From: Octopus sinensis
Lineage: Eukaryota
Length of the DNA stretch: 64,000 nt
Direction: 5' to 3'
Assembly (NCBI RefSeq): GCF_006345805.1
Contig: NC_043014.1
Coordinates: 31,930,001 to 31,994,000 of the forward strand
The notes below the pieces were generated by a model, which saw only the letters and a list, made by a program, of their open reading frames with translations, was not told the origin of the DNA and ran no database searches. The first letter of the stretch is position 1; every line of letters starts with the position of its first letter. The position numbers were made by a program, and so were the translations under genes. Shown one piece after another: positions 23,923 to 35,483 of the stretch.

Positions 23923-24555
23923 TCATCATTTAGCGTCTGCTTTCCATGGTTTGAAACTGGTAAGCTGGAGAGCTGCATCAGGTTCCAACCTGATTTGGCA
24001 TGGTTTCTACAGCTTGATGCCCTTCCTAATGCCAACCACTTCAAGAGTGTAATGGGTGCTTTTTACGTGCCACCAACATGGGTGCCAGTTATGTGACACC
24101 AGCACCAGCCACAACTATGGTTTCACTTGGCTTGATGAGTTTTCTCCAGCACACCATATCACCAAAGGTCTCGATCACTTATTGCCTCCGTGAGACCCAA
24201 CATTCGAAGTGTGTTTTTTACATACCACTGGCACAGGTGCCACTATAATAGATGCCTGTTACATGTGACTGGCATTGGCCACGACTATGGTTTCACTTGG
24301 CTTGACAGGTCTCCTCAAGCATGGCATATCACCAAAGGTCTCGGTCACTTATTGCCTCCATGAAGCCCAATGTTTAAAGGGTGCTTATTGTGTGCCACTG
24401 GCACAGGTGCCTATTACGTGATACCAGCATTGGCTAAGACTATAGTTTTACTTGATCTGTTGAGTCTTCTCAACTACAGCATATTGCCAAAGGTCTAGGT
24501 CACTTATCATTACCTCCATGAGGCCCAACATTCAAAGATCATGCTTCCCCACCTT
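23915..24555 (-). mobile_element. RTE LINE 3' end present as a three-unit concatemer
   Basis: Three tandem copies of CCAAAGGTCT..GTCACTTAT..CCTCC.TGA..CCCAA. The most 5' unit reads DKVGKHDL*MLGLMEVMISDLDLWQYAVVEKTQQIK*. (TCA)n/(CCA)n tail at 23780-23930. Confidence 0.8.
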
Positions 24556-24559
24556 GTCA

Positions 24560-24870
24560 AATCATATTCGATTCAATGTGCTGTACACAGAGTATACAGC
24601 ACTATGTATCAGGGAGTGATCCTAAGAAAGATGTACTTAAATAGACTGTTCCCAGCTACAGTTTTTCAAGGTTGTCTTGAGCATGTCTTTGTAACTTAAC
24701 CTTTCTTTGATCCACCACATGATCAAAAGCCAACTGTTAATTCACCAATGAAAATCTGCTGGGGAAGTCCAGAGTTGGATGTGCTACTCCACTGCAGCTG
24801 GAATTTACAGAGTAAATTGTACACACTTGACATATTTGCTCACTCAAGCTCAGTTGTATGGAGAATTTTA
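24560..24870 (-). mobile_element. RTE-BovB-like LINE C-terminal fragment
   Basis: Minus strand gives FQLQW..GLPQQIFIGELTVG..GGSKK..KDMLKTTLKNC, resembling QLRW..RLPKQILYGEL..GGQKKRFKD.LK. Confidence 0.65.
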
Positions 24871-24877
24871 TCCTTAC

Positions 24878-25076
24878 CAACCACGTGGTTCTGAGTTCAG
24901 TCCTACTGTGTGGCATCTTGGGCAAGTGTCTTCTTCTATAGCCTCGGGCTGACCAAAGACTTGTTTAGTGGATTTGGTTGATGGAAACTGAAAAAAGCTT
25001 GTCGTATATATATATATGTATGTATGTATATATATATATATATATGCATATATTTGTATGTCTGGGTTTGTAACCC
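24878..25076 (+). mobile_element. SINE family A, partial
   Basis: CCAACCACGTGGTTCTGAGTTCAGTCC..GATGGAAACTGAAA. Confidence 0.8.
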
Positions 25077-25106
25077 CCAAATCTATCTATCTATAGATAG
25101 ATAGAC

Positions 25107-25165
<59 letters not shown>

Positions 25166-26147
25166 AAGCTCTCCATTATTGGCACTAGCCACTACTATCA
25201 CTGCTAACATTAGCATAAGCATCATCATCACCACTAATATAGCAAACATGATCACTACTGCCAATTTGCAAATAAATCTGTTTCTCAAGCACCATGTCCT
25301 GCTGTCTAGTTATCACTCACCACACCATTCCGAACTTCACCACCACCACCACCACCACCACCACCACCACCACCACCACCACCACCACTGCCGCCACCAC
25401 CTCTGCCACCGCCGCTGCCGCCACCACCGCTACTACTACTACTGTCTTTAACACTTCCATCACCTCCAGCCTCCAGAACCACCACCACCACCACCACCAC
25501 CACCACCACCACCACCACCACTGCCACCGTCACCGCCGCCACTACCACCAACACTGCCACCACTGCCACTACGGCTGCCACCACCTTTGCGTTCCTTCTC
25601 TGTCTGTTATGTCCAGTGAGTCATGGAATATAATTACAGCAGAGAGAGATTTTTGTTGTTAGCAATTTTAAATAACTGCTTTGTAAATGTAATTGAATAA
25701 GTGAGCAGGGGTGAGGAGTTGGGGGAGGGCATCCTGTTGTTGATATTGGATGCACCCCCCACACTCACACACACAAACACACACACACACACCTCCCCAC
25801 ACGCATGCAAACTGTAAATAGATGCCAACTGGATGGACAGTGGTCTATCAATCTATATAATAATAGTCTAAAAGAATGGATGGGGAAGGAGGGGAGAAAT
25901 ACCCTGAGATGTCTTCTGCCTGAGAAAGGAACAGTAAAGTTGAGTTTTAGCATTCTTGGTGCAGTCACTTAAATTTTAGATGATTAGTGAAATGAGTAAA
26001 TTTAGACAAAAATAAAAGACAAACAATTAAAAAGTAAGGGAGGCAACCTTGAAATTTTGATTAATTAAAGTTAATAATTAATTAAATTAATTAAACATGG
26101 AAGAGGTGGAGTGTGAATCTGAACTTTGATAGTAGGGTGACACCTGT

Positions 26148-26521
26148 GAACATGTTTCGGTCTTATTTAGCCTCATTAGCGAAGCTCAATCTAAGTGTTT
26201 CTACAGGGTTTACATGTCTGATGAGGTCTGTATACTATATTTAACAATCAACACTAAGAAATGTTTTAACTTATAAGAATGACTAGAGAAAAATTATGCA
26301 GCAATAAGTTACTGTTTTAATCATGCTAGTGTCCAGTTTTACTACAAAGTTTTCATGCAACAAGCATCTCTGAATATGTTCCTGCAATCATTGTTATATG
26401 TTATAAAACTAATTTTTATTCATTTACAAAATTCTTATCTAGAGTTTTCAAACCATGTAATATCTGTAATAACAATTAGATTATAGTTTACTGATGAGGT
26501 TTAATAAGGTTGAAATATGTC
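26148..26521. mobile_element. ORF-less cassette bounded by two inverted, degenerate hammerhead motifs
   Basis: Minus strand 26148-26180 CTAATGAGGCTAAATAAGACCGAAACATGTT; plus strand 26491-26521 CTGATGAGGTTTAATAAGGTTGAAATATGTC. Confidence 0.5.
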
Positions 26522-26577
26522 TACAATTGTGATCGTGCTGCTAAAGATCAGATTTTTGTACTCCACTGTTCCCACAT

Positions 26578-26792
26578 TTATCTATCTATCAAGTTGGGCA
26601 GGTTGTTCAAACCAAAGCCACTCATTCTCTCCAAATGTTTCTCTCTTCTATGATAGTTTTCTGGTTTTCTTTTTGTAACTCAACATTGATCTCTGTACAA
26701 CATTCCAAACTGTCTGAGCTGAGAATTCCCATGACTTTGTAATCCACAAAAGGATTGGTTTGAACAACCTGCCCAACTTGATAGATAGATAA
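26578..26792. repeat. Perfect 38-bp inverted repeat, 139-bp spacer
   Basis: TTATCTATCTATCAAGTTGGGCAGGTTGTTCAAACCAA at 26578-26615; exact reverse complement at 26755-26792. Confidence 0.95.
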
Positions 26793-27180
26793 GTATTCAT
26801 CTTTGCTTTAATAGCAGATACCAGCATATCTTCTGCTCTGATCTTGTCTCGAATGATTGAACATATGTTGGGGGATACAGTTCCTTAAACCTCTTCTCTC
26901 ATGAATGTTGTTCCCACGATTTGCAGAGGACTGTATGCAGCATTATGTGTGTAAGCCACGTCAAGCTTACCTTCTATCTTTTTTATCAGAGTCCATGATG
27001 AAGAACCATTAAAGAAGAACTAATCCCAATATGACTCTAAAGAAATTCCTTTTCATCCAGTCAGGCAGTGTAGACTTTATTTGTCTAGTTCATTCTATGC
27101 TATTGCTAAGCAGATTGATACATATTTTTCAGTGGACGATATATCACTTCTGACATAAGTGAAATGCTTAACTTTCTTCA
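26616..27180 (-). mobile_element. Degraded RTE-group LINE 3' fragment
   Basis: Frameshifted minus-strand translation gives KKVKHFTY..LPDWMKRNFFRV..GSSSWTLIKKIEGKLDVAYT..KELYPP..SKDE..LLW, typical of the RTE-group post-RT region. Confidence 0.7.
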
Positions 27181-27396
27181 GAGGTATACCACTCAGTTAG
27201 TTGATCTGATTATGCTCAGTTAGTTGATCTGATCAGAGGTATACCACTCAGTTAGTTGATCTGATCAGTGTTTCGAAGTTTGGAGGATCGAATTTCTATA
27301 TTTAATTAATTTCTATTAATAGAGTTGTCTCCATTGCTGTTTCAGACCAGAATTAGCAGATAATAATTCTTATTACTATAGGTGCAACATTAGCTT

Positions 27397-27605
27397 CAAA
27401 TTTTGGCATAAGGCCAGCACTTTTGGGGAAGGGTAGGTAAGTTGGTTTCATCAACCCAAGTGTTCAACTGGTACTTATTTTATCAACTCCGAGAAGATGA
27501 AAGGCAAAGTTGATCTCAGTGGAATTTGAACTCAGAATGTAAAGAGGGACGAAACGTTACTAAGCATTTTGCCTGACATGCTTATGATTCTGCCATTTCA
27601 CCAAC
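27397..27605 (-). mobile_element. SINE family C copy
   Basis: TTCAAATTTTGGCATAAGGCCAGC..GATGAAAGGCAAAGTTGA..ATTTGAACTCAGAATG. Confidence 0.8.
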
Positions 27606-27689
27606 TTACTATAGGTGCAATACTGATACATTAAAATGTCTTGTATAACCACATTAAGTATACTAATACTTACTACAACCTATCACCAC

Positions 27690-27910
27690 AACTACTATGA
27701 GCCTTTCCAAGGTCACTCAACCTGCTAGAGATAGCTACCAAATCTCACTCCAATCAAAGCAACACAAAACATCTACCATATTAAACAAGGTAGGGCATAA
27801 AGAATAATGTAGACTAGATGACCCTAAAAAGATGGGATGATCACAGTTGGAATATTAGTGATCATAGGCTTTCCCAATTGAGGTTAGCCTGTAGCTTAAC
27901 AACAACAACA
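27690..27910 (+). mobile_element. Interspersed repeat family E, (CAA)n-tailed
   Basis: GGTCACTCAACCTGCTAGAGATAGC..GATCATAGG..AACAACAAC; related pieces on the minus strand at about 61085-61400. Confidence 0.55.
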
Positions 27911-28632
27911 ATAACCACAATACCAGCAGCACTACCACCACCACAGCTATGCCACCACTGCAGCTGCTGCCACCACCACTGCTGCTGCCACCACTACCGC
28001 TACTGCCACCACCACCACTGCTGCTGCCGCCACCACCGCTGCTGCCACTACTGCCGCTGCCGCCACCACCACTACTACCCCTGCTGTTGCCACCACTGCT
28101 GCCACCACCACTGATTCTGCCACCACTACCACTACTGCAACCACTACAGCTACCGCCACCACCACTGCTGCCACCACCACCACTGCTGCCTCCATCACCA
28201 CCGCTACCACCACCGTGACTGCTGCCGCCACTACGACTGCTGCCACCACCACGACTGCTGCTGCCACCACCATCACTGCCACCACCATCACTGCCACCAC
28301 CATCACTGCCACCACCACACTGCTGCCTCCATCACCACCGCTACCACCACCGTGACTGCTGCCGCCCTACGACTGCTGCCACCACCACGACTGCTGCTGC
28401 CACCACCATCACTGCCACCACCATCACTGCCACCACCATCACTGCCACCACCACCACTGCTGCTGCCATCACCACCGCTGCTGCCACTACTGCCACTGCT
28501 GCCACCACCAGTACTGCCACCACCAGTACTGCCACCACCACCACCGCTGCTGCCACCACCACCACCGCTGCTGCCACCACCACCACTGCCGCCACCACCA
28601 CCACTGCCGCCACCACCACTGCTGCCGCCACA
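27900..28632. repeat. GC-rich cryptic triplet array (CCA/CTG/CCG) with a ~140-bp tandem duplication
   Basis: Seen directly; about 28172-28317 is repeated at about 28318-28460. Confidence 0.9.
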
Positions 28633-28829
28633 ACATTTTGTATGTTCTTTAAATCTTGGTTCTAAATGACATTAAAACTGACTGTCGGTGGCTTAATTGC
28701 TGTTCATTATATCTTGTCTCTGACAGAACACAACATTAAACATGACAGAACAAGCCAAACTTTTCAGCATTCTTCGCCCAGAAATATGGCCATATTTTTT
28801 ATATTAATAATTATGTATTTTGTTACTGT

Positions 28830-29207
28830 TATATATATTTTACTAGTAACCTGATACCTTTTTTTTTTTTACTAATAACTAAATATATCATGTATTTTCT
28901 ACTGAATTCTGATGTACAATATATTTTAATAATAACCAGATATGCCATGTGCTTTACTGATAACCCGATATGTTATGTATTTTATTGAGCACGTTATATA
29001 CCAAGTGTTTTATTGAGAAATTGATATACCAAATGTTTCACTGTAAATATGATATCCTGTGGGTTTGACTGATAACATGATAAACCATATGCTTTATGAT
29101 AACATGATAAATGCACATATATATTCACATACATACACAGACACACAAGCACACATACATATATATATATATACATATACATATATATACATATATATAT
29201 ATATAAT

Positions 29208-29267
<60 letters not shown>

Positions 29268-29570
29268 TATATACATGCATGTATATACGTGTGTACATGT
29301 GTGTATGTATATATTATTGATAATTTGGTTTACCAAATGTTTTACTAACAACCAAATTCACTGTTAGTTTCTCTGATCTGATAACTTGTACCACCTCACT
29401 GATAACTCGATATCCCATACATTTTTGTGCTAACAGGATATAGCGTGTATTTTACTGATAACCTGATATACTAGATGTTTTACTAATTACTCGGTGTACG
29501 ATATATTTTACTGGAAGTATGATCTACCAAATGTGTCAGTGATAATTTGATATATATTACATCTCATAGA
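28830..29570. repeat. Degenerate ~28-bp minisatellite interrupted by (TA)n
   Basis: Recurrent TTTACTGATAAC.TGATATACC-like units. Confidence 0.65.
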
Positions 29571-29900
29571 TATCTCTATATGTTGTGTGTTTCCTCAGTG
29601 ACTCTATATACAGTGTGAGAATGCTCGTTATACCTTTGTTGTTCATTACACTGAGTTATTTTTATCTAATATTACAAGACAGAGGATATTGCTAACATAC
29701 TGCTGAAAGCATTTCTATAGTCTATCTAGACAATAGCCATTGAAATTATGCTAATGTAGGCATTGGCATGGCTGTGTGGTAAGAAGTTTGCTTCCCAACA
29801 TTGTGGTTGCAGGCTCAGTTTTACTGCATGACACCTTGGGCAAGTGCTAACCAAAGCTTTGAAAGTGGATTTAATTGATGGAAACTGAAAGAAGCCTGTC

Positions 29901-29931
<31 letters not shown>

Positions 29932-29975
29932 TTCTTGTTTCAGCTCAGAGCTGCGGCCATGCTGATGCATCACCA

Positions 29976-30014
<39 letters not shown>

Positions 30015-30264
30015 ATGTCGTTTCCCTTGATATAGCAACTATCAAGGGGGAGATATTCATTTCTTCATAATACAAAGTGGGATTAGAAATCAAAGAGCTA
30101 GAAGTGGCACAGAATTCTCATGTTTGAATAATCCAGAATTATATGTGTAGTGCATCATTAGTTAATTCTCATTATCAGTATGTTGCACTTTTATACAAAT
30201 TAGTTGGATCACTTTAACTGTTTGACTTTGTATAAATTATAAATAGCATTTATTCTATGAACAG

Positions 30265-30318
30265 AAGATGGGTATTCTTTCTCTGATGAAGATATAAGAA
30301 GACTAGAAACTAAAACAA
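30265..30318 (+). CDS. Candidate 54-nt phase 1-1 internal exon (DGYSFSDEDIRRLETKT), product unknown
   Basis: TATTCTATGAACAG acceptor, GTGAGT donor, length divisible by 3, only one frame open. No homolog recognised. Confidence 0.3.
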
Positions 30319-30453
30319 GTGAGTTCAATCCTACTTTTCCAGCAAATAGAAAGAATAAAATCTGTAATGCAACTACTTTCATTTTTTACAATCCACATCA
30401 GAGCTAAAGCTATTTATTCCTAAAAGATAGCTAAACATTATGTCACATTTTGG

Positions 30454-30582
30454 ACTAGAAAAGCACTCAGAGAGCACAGAACTCCACCAAGCAGATCATT
30501 TCCACCCATATACATGCATGCTGAAAATCGCCCAATTTCCAAACCAATGCCGGCAAAAACATAACTTCCTTGGTGGGGGTAA
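30454..30582 (-). mobile_element. Short Helentron/DINE-1-like (HINE) element
   Basis: 5' TTACCCCCACCAAGGAAGTTATGTTTT; 3' subTIR CTTGGTGGAG, then hairpin GTGCTC-TCT-GAGTGC and TTTTCTAGT. Confidence 0.7.
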
Positions 30583-30676
30583 AAAAAAAATTAACACAGC
30601 CATATGATATTAAAAAAAACCCACTTTAAAAACAGGAATCATCTCAATAGTCAAGGCTTGTCATATCATCCTCCAT

Positions 30677-30978
30677 AGACCTCCACCAAGCAGCTCATTT
30701 TAAGATAGATTCGCAAGTAAAGTTACTAATAGAGAAATGAAAATAAACTTTAGAAACAGCAATGCAACCATAGGTTACGTAGAAATGGTGAATGTGTTTT
30801 CAAGGGAGATAATCAAAGAATGTAACTGTAATACTTCATGTAAAGTAAATATAACAAAGGAAAAACCCTTCAAGAATTCCTAAAAATTCCCAGATCACTA
30901 TCACAATTTCATCATCTGTTCCTTGTGTCATTACCAACTTTACAATGAAAACATAACCTCCTACCTTGGCTGAGGTAA
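30677..30978 (-). mobile_element. HINE-like element lacking the terminal hairpin
   Basis: subTIRs ACCTCAGCCAAG / CTTGGTGGAGGT; body homologous to 40287-40678. Confidence 0.7.
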
Positions 30979-31059
30979 TTATATATCTCATCATCATAAA
31001 TAAAATCATTTTGTATTCATTGCTTGCATAGGTTGAACCAGTCATTTTCAACACAGCAT

Positions 31060-31600
31060 CTCCCCATTACTACAGTCCTTTGTTATTTCCTTTGTGAGGT
31101 CCAGCGTCCCAAGACTACTTTCCTTTTCATGTTTTCCTCATTCTTCCTCACTTGAATTGCTTGGGACTTCTTTACCCATCTACCATTCTCTAAATGCATC
31201 ACATGTCTATACTAGTGTAGTCATCTCTCTTGCATGGAATACCTTGTTTCATCAGTTTCTCTCTCAGTCCATTTCTACCCTGTTCTTCATTACACATCCA
31301 GTAGAACATGTTTAAATCATTTCTTTCCAGACTTCACACATCCTCTGCTTTCATTTCCTTTATTTTGCTACTATGCAATATCACGTTTAATACACAAGCT
31401 TTGTACAATCTGCCTTTCACTTAGAGACTAAATCTCTTTGTTGCCAGTGGAACTAATAACTGCGAATTGTTTCAATTTGTTCCTATTCTAGTATCATTCA
31501 TTTGAAACATTCACCTCAAATTCAGTAAGTTATCTACACAAACAGGAGCTATCAATAATTTATAGGGATTTGGAACAGTCTATTTCATCAGTGATTTTAC
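31060..31600 (-). mobile_element. Degraded RTE LINE (post-RT region)
   Basis: Frameshifted minus-strand translation resembles VVDSFCYLG..KGLSLRVKGRLY.ACV..MQERRL.WY.HVM..WVKK. Confidence 0.65.
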
Positions 31601-31794
31601 TGCTAACTACTCCTGCACTGGAATCCCATTGAATCAACCCTGTAGTCCTTCTAATGGGATTCATTCAATCAAATTCTAGTGTAGCTGGGATCAACTGGTT
31701 CCATGGTATCAAGAATAAACCAGCCTGCAGGTTCATGCAGTTTGAGATAGTTGACTTTTATTCTTGTGTGCATGTATGTATTCTTGTATGTATA

Positions 31795-32176
31795 TACTCT
31801 TGTTTCAGTCATTTGACTGTGGCCATGTTGGAGCACTACCTTTAGTCAAGAAAATCGGTTTCAGGACTTATTCTTTGTAAGCCTAGTCCTTATTCTATCG
31901 GTCTCTTGTGCCGAACCGCTAAGTTACATGGATGTAAACATACCACCATCGGTTGTCAAGTGATGTTGAGGGACAAACACAGACACACAAACATATACAC
32001 ACACATACGTATATACATATATACGATGGGCTTCTTTCGGTTTCTGTCTACCAAATCCACTCACAAGGCTTTGGTCAGCCTGAAGCTATAGTAGAAGACA
32101 CTTGCCCATGGTGCCATGCAGTGGGAATGAATCCAGAACCATGTGGTTGGTAAGCAAGCTACTTACCACACAGCCA
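31795..32176 (-). mobile_element. Full-length SINE family A
   Basis: Reverse complement of the complete family A structure. Confidence 0.9.
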
Positions 32177-32189
32177 ATATATATGGTGG

Positions 32190-32560
32190 CTGTCTACTCC
32201 TTATGCAGAGTCTGACAACACCTTAGATCCATCATGGCATCTGATGTGGCTTTTTAAACCAGACAATGTTTTGAAAAGACACCCACATATCTGATATGGA
32301 CCACCAGGGGCTACAGTTAAGGTCTGATCTTTGTGGATCTTAAAATGTCTTTTGAGGCCTCCATTAGATTGGCAGACCTTATGGTATACACGACTTCAGA
32401 AGGTGTGCACAGATATATAGGCAAAATAGTTGGTATAGGTTTGTTTTTCATGGGTCTGCAAATGAGATTTGAATCCTTTTCCCTTTCATTTGAATGTATT
32501 TGTACTTTCCTTGGCTCTTTGTTTATCCATCTGGTACAACCAGAAGAGTAGTGCTATAGA
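32190..32560 (-). pseudogene. Decayed tandem C2H2 zinc-finger coding relic (probably a LINE C-terminal extension)
   Basis: One frame gives GFKSHLQTHE..F*SRVYHKVCQSNGGLKRHFKIHKDQ..PYQICGCLFKTLSGLKSHIRCHDGS. Two near-complete fingers each have one Cys lost (TAC/TAT codons); a third is partial. Confidence 0.65.
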
Positions 32561-32829
32561 ATTTAAAGTCTTTCGATTTTCAATATGCTGAAACTATGCT
32601 ACAACCTAGTATCTATGGCTGATGAGAGGATTTCCATGTTTATTTGTCCTTCGTTCTTTTCTGTTAACAACTATTGTGTTGGATTTTGATTTTTCACACA
32701 CACACACATGCTCACACAAACATGCATACACACATGCCAGTGTGTGTATATATGTGTGTATGTATGAATGCATGCATGTAATTATATACATGTATTATTA
32801 TGTATGTATTGTCTATGTATCATGTAAGT

Positions 32830-33041
32830 GTATATATATATATATATATAGATAGATAGATAGATAGATAGATAAATATATATGTATATATATGTATATA
32901 TATGTATATATATATGTATATATATATGTATGTATATATATATATATGTATATATACATTTAAATATTTGTTGTGCAAGATTTTTTATGTGAAGTCGTGT
33001 GTTGAAACAGATATTGTTATATTTCGGAATGTATATGTATA

Positions 33042-33104
<63 letters not shown>

Positions 33105-33107
33105 ATG

Positions 33108-33164
<57 letters not shown>

Positions 33165-33165
33165 C
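32830..33165. repeat. (TA)n/(TATG)n array
   Basis: Seen directly. Confidence 0.95.
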
Positions 33166-33330
33166 TATATATTGATAGATAGACGTATAGATAAAGAAGG
33201 AGAAAGAGAGGAGAAGATGGAGAGAGACAATTATGAAGGGGGGCGTACAGATGGATACACAGATATCAAGGTTTACCTAAACAGAAAAATAGAAAGATAA
33301 ATACAGACAACAGACAGATGACAGAGAGAA

Positions 33331-33365
<35 letters not shown>

Positions 33366-33534
33366 TGAGGGAGGAAGAGTGTGGGAGAGAAAGAGACAGC
33401 CAGCGTAAGGACACAAGGACGAAGAGAGGGGAGGGGTATAGTCATAGAAAACTTATTTTATATTTGTGACTCATTTTTGCAGGAATTCATCTCCCTGAAC
33501 CTTTTACACTCTCCTACCTTTCACCTCCTCAACA

Positions 33535-34990
33535 TACATACATGCATACATGCATACACGTATGCCTACATTCATACATGCATACATACATTCTTTCATA
33601 CACGCATACATTCATACATATATTCATTCATACATACATGCATATGTACATATATACATACATACATACATACATACATACATACATACATACATTCAAA
33701 CACATGTACATACATGCATACATAGACATACACACACTCATACATATTTACATACCTACCTACATACATACATGCAAGCATACGCACATGCATATAAACA
33801 TACATGCATACATGCATGCATACACATACATGCATACATATGCATACACACACCTACATACGTACCTACCTACATACATACATACATGCTTTCATGCATA
33901 CATACATACATACATACATACATGCATACATACATACAGGCATACATACATACAGGTATATATACAGGCATACATACAGGCATACATACATACATACATA
34001 CTTGCATGCATACATACATACATACATACATACAGGTATACATACATACATACATACATGCATACATACATACATATATACATAGATACATACATAGATA
34101 CATACATACATATATACATACATAGATACATGCATACATACAGGCATACATACATACATATATACATAGATACATACATAGATACATACATACATATATA
34201 CATACATAGATACATGCATACATACAGGCATACATACATACATGAATACATACATACATGCATACATACATACATACATGAATACATACATACAGGCATA
34301 CATACATACATTCATACATACATATATAAACATATACATACATACATAATACATACATACATACTTACATGCATGCATACATACATACATACATACATAC
34401 ATACATACATACATACATACACACACATACATACATACATACATACATACATACATACATACATACATACATACATACATACATACATACATACACACAC
34501 ATACATACATACATACATACATACATACATACATACATACACACACATACATACATACATACATACATACATACATACATACACACACATACATACATAC
34601 ATACATACATAACATACATACATACTTGCATGCATACATACATACATTACATACATACATAATACATACATACATACTACATGCATACATACATACAACA
34701 TACATACATACAACATACATACATACATACACACACATACATACATACATACAACATACATACATACATAATACATACATACATAATACATACATACATA
34801 CACATACATACATAATACATACATACATACATACACATACATACATACAACATACATACATACACATACATACATACATACATACACACACATACATACA
34901 TACATACAACATACATACATACCATACATACATACATACATACACACACATACATACATACATACATACATACATACATACATACATACT
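33535..34990. repeat. ~1.45-kb (TACA)n tetranucleotide array
   Basis: Seen directly; source of the 356-aa and 432-aa pseudo-ORFs. (GAAA)n follows at 35040-35120. Confidence 0.97.
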
Positions 34991-35045
34991 CCTGAAATCC
35001 AAAAGATGATGCATAAATAAACAATAAAACAAATGAAAGAAAGAC

Positions 35046-35119
<74 letters not shown>

Positions 35120-35483
35120 CAATTTAATGATGGCGGATACATCTGGCTGGTTGGCTTCATACATTTTAAACTGCCGTCTTAATTTAATGCTTGCATGAAC
35201 ATAAATATTGATGAATTAGTAAAAGTAAATAGTTTATTATTGTATAAGAGGAGGATGAATAAAGGTTACTTGGTGGGGTGGGTAGCTTGTGTTGGTGGTG
35301 GGGGTGGTATTGGTGGTGGTGCTGGTGTTGATGGTGGTGTTGGTGATGGTGGTGGTGGTGAGATTGCAGAAGTGGTGAGTCTTTACTTGTGGTGTCATGA
35401 CATGAAGACAATGTTGGCACCATACATATTGTAAGTATACCCCAACAGAGAGACAGATAGTTTCAACCTTTGTATGACTGCTC

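Noticed and set aside
27947-28669. Pro-rich, Val/Ala-rich and Cys/His-rich ORFs
   Set aside because: Products of a triplet-mosaic repeat, open in most frames.
30283-30312. CTGATGAAG..GAAAC inside the 54-nt exon candidate as a hammerhead
   Set aside because: Stem II needs three transversions to pair; noted only as an alternative origin that lowers confidence in the exon.
31686-31706. GINWFHG as a fibrinogen-domain microexon
   Set aside because: Weak donor (GTATCA), weak acceptor and only a 7-residue resemblance.
33542-35164. 356-aa and 432-aa ORFs
   Set aside because: Translations of (TACA)n.
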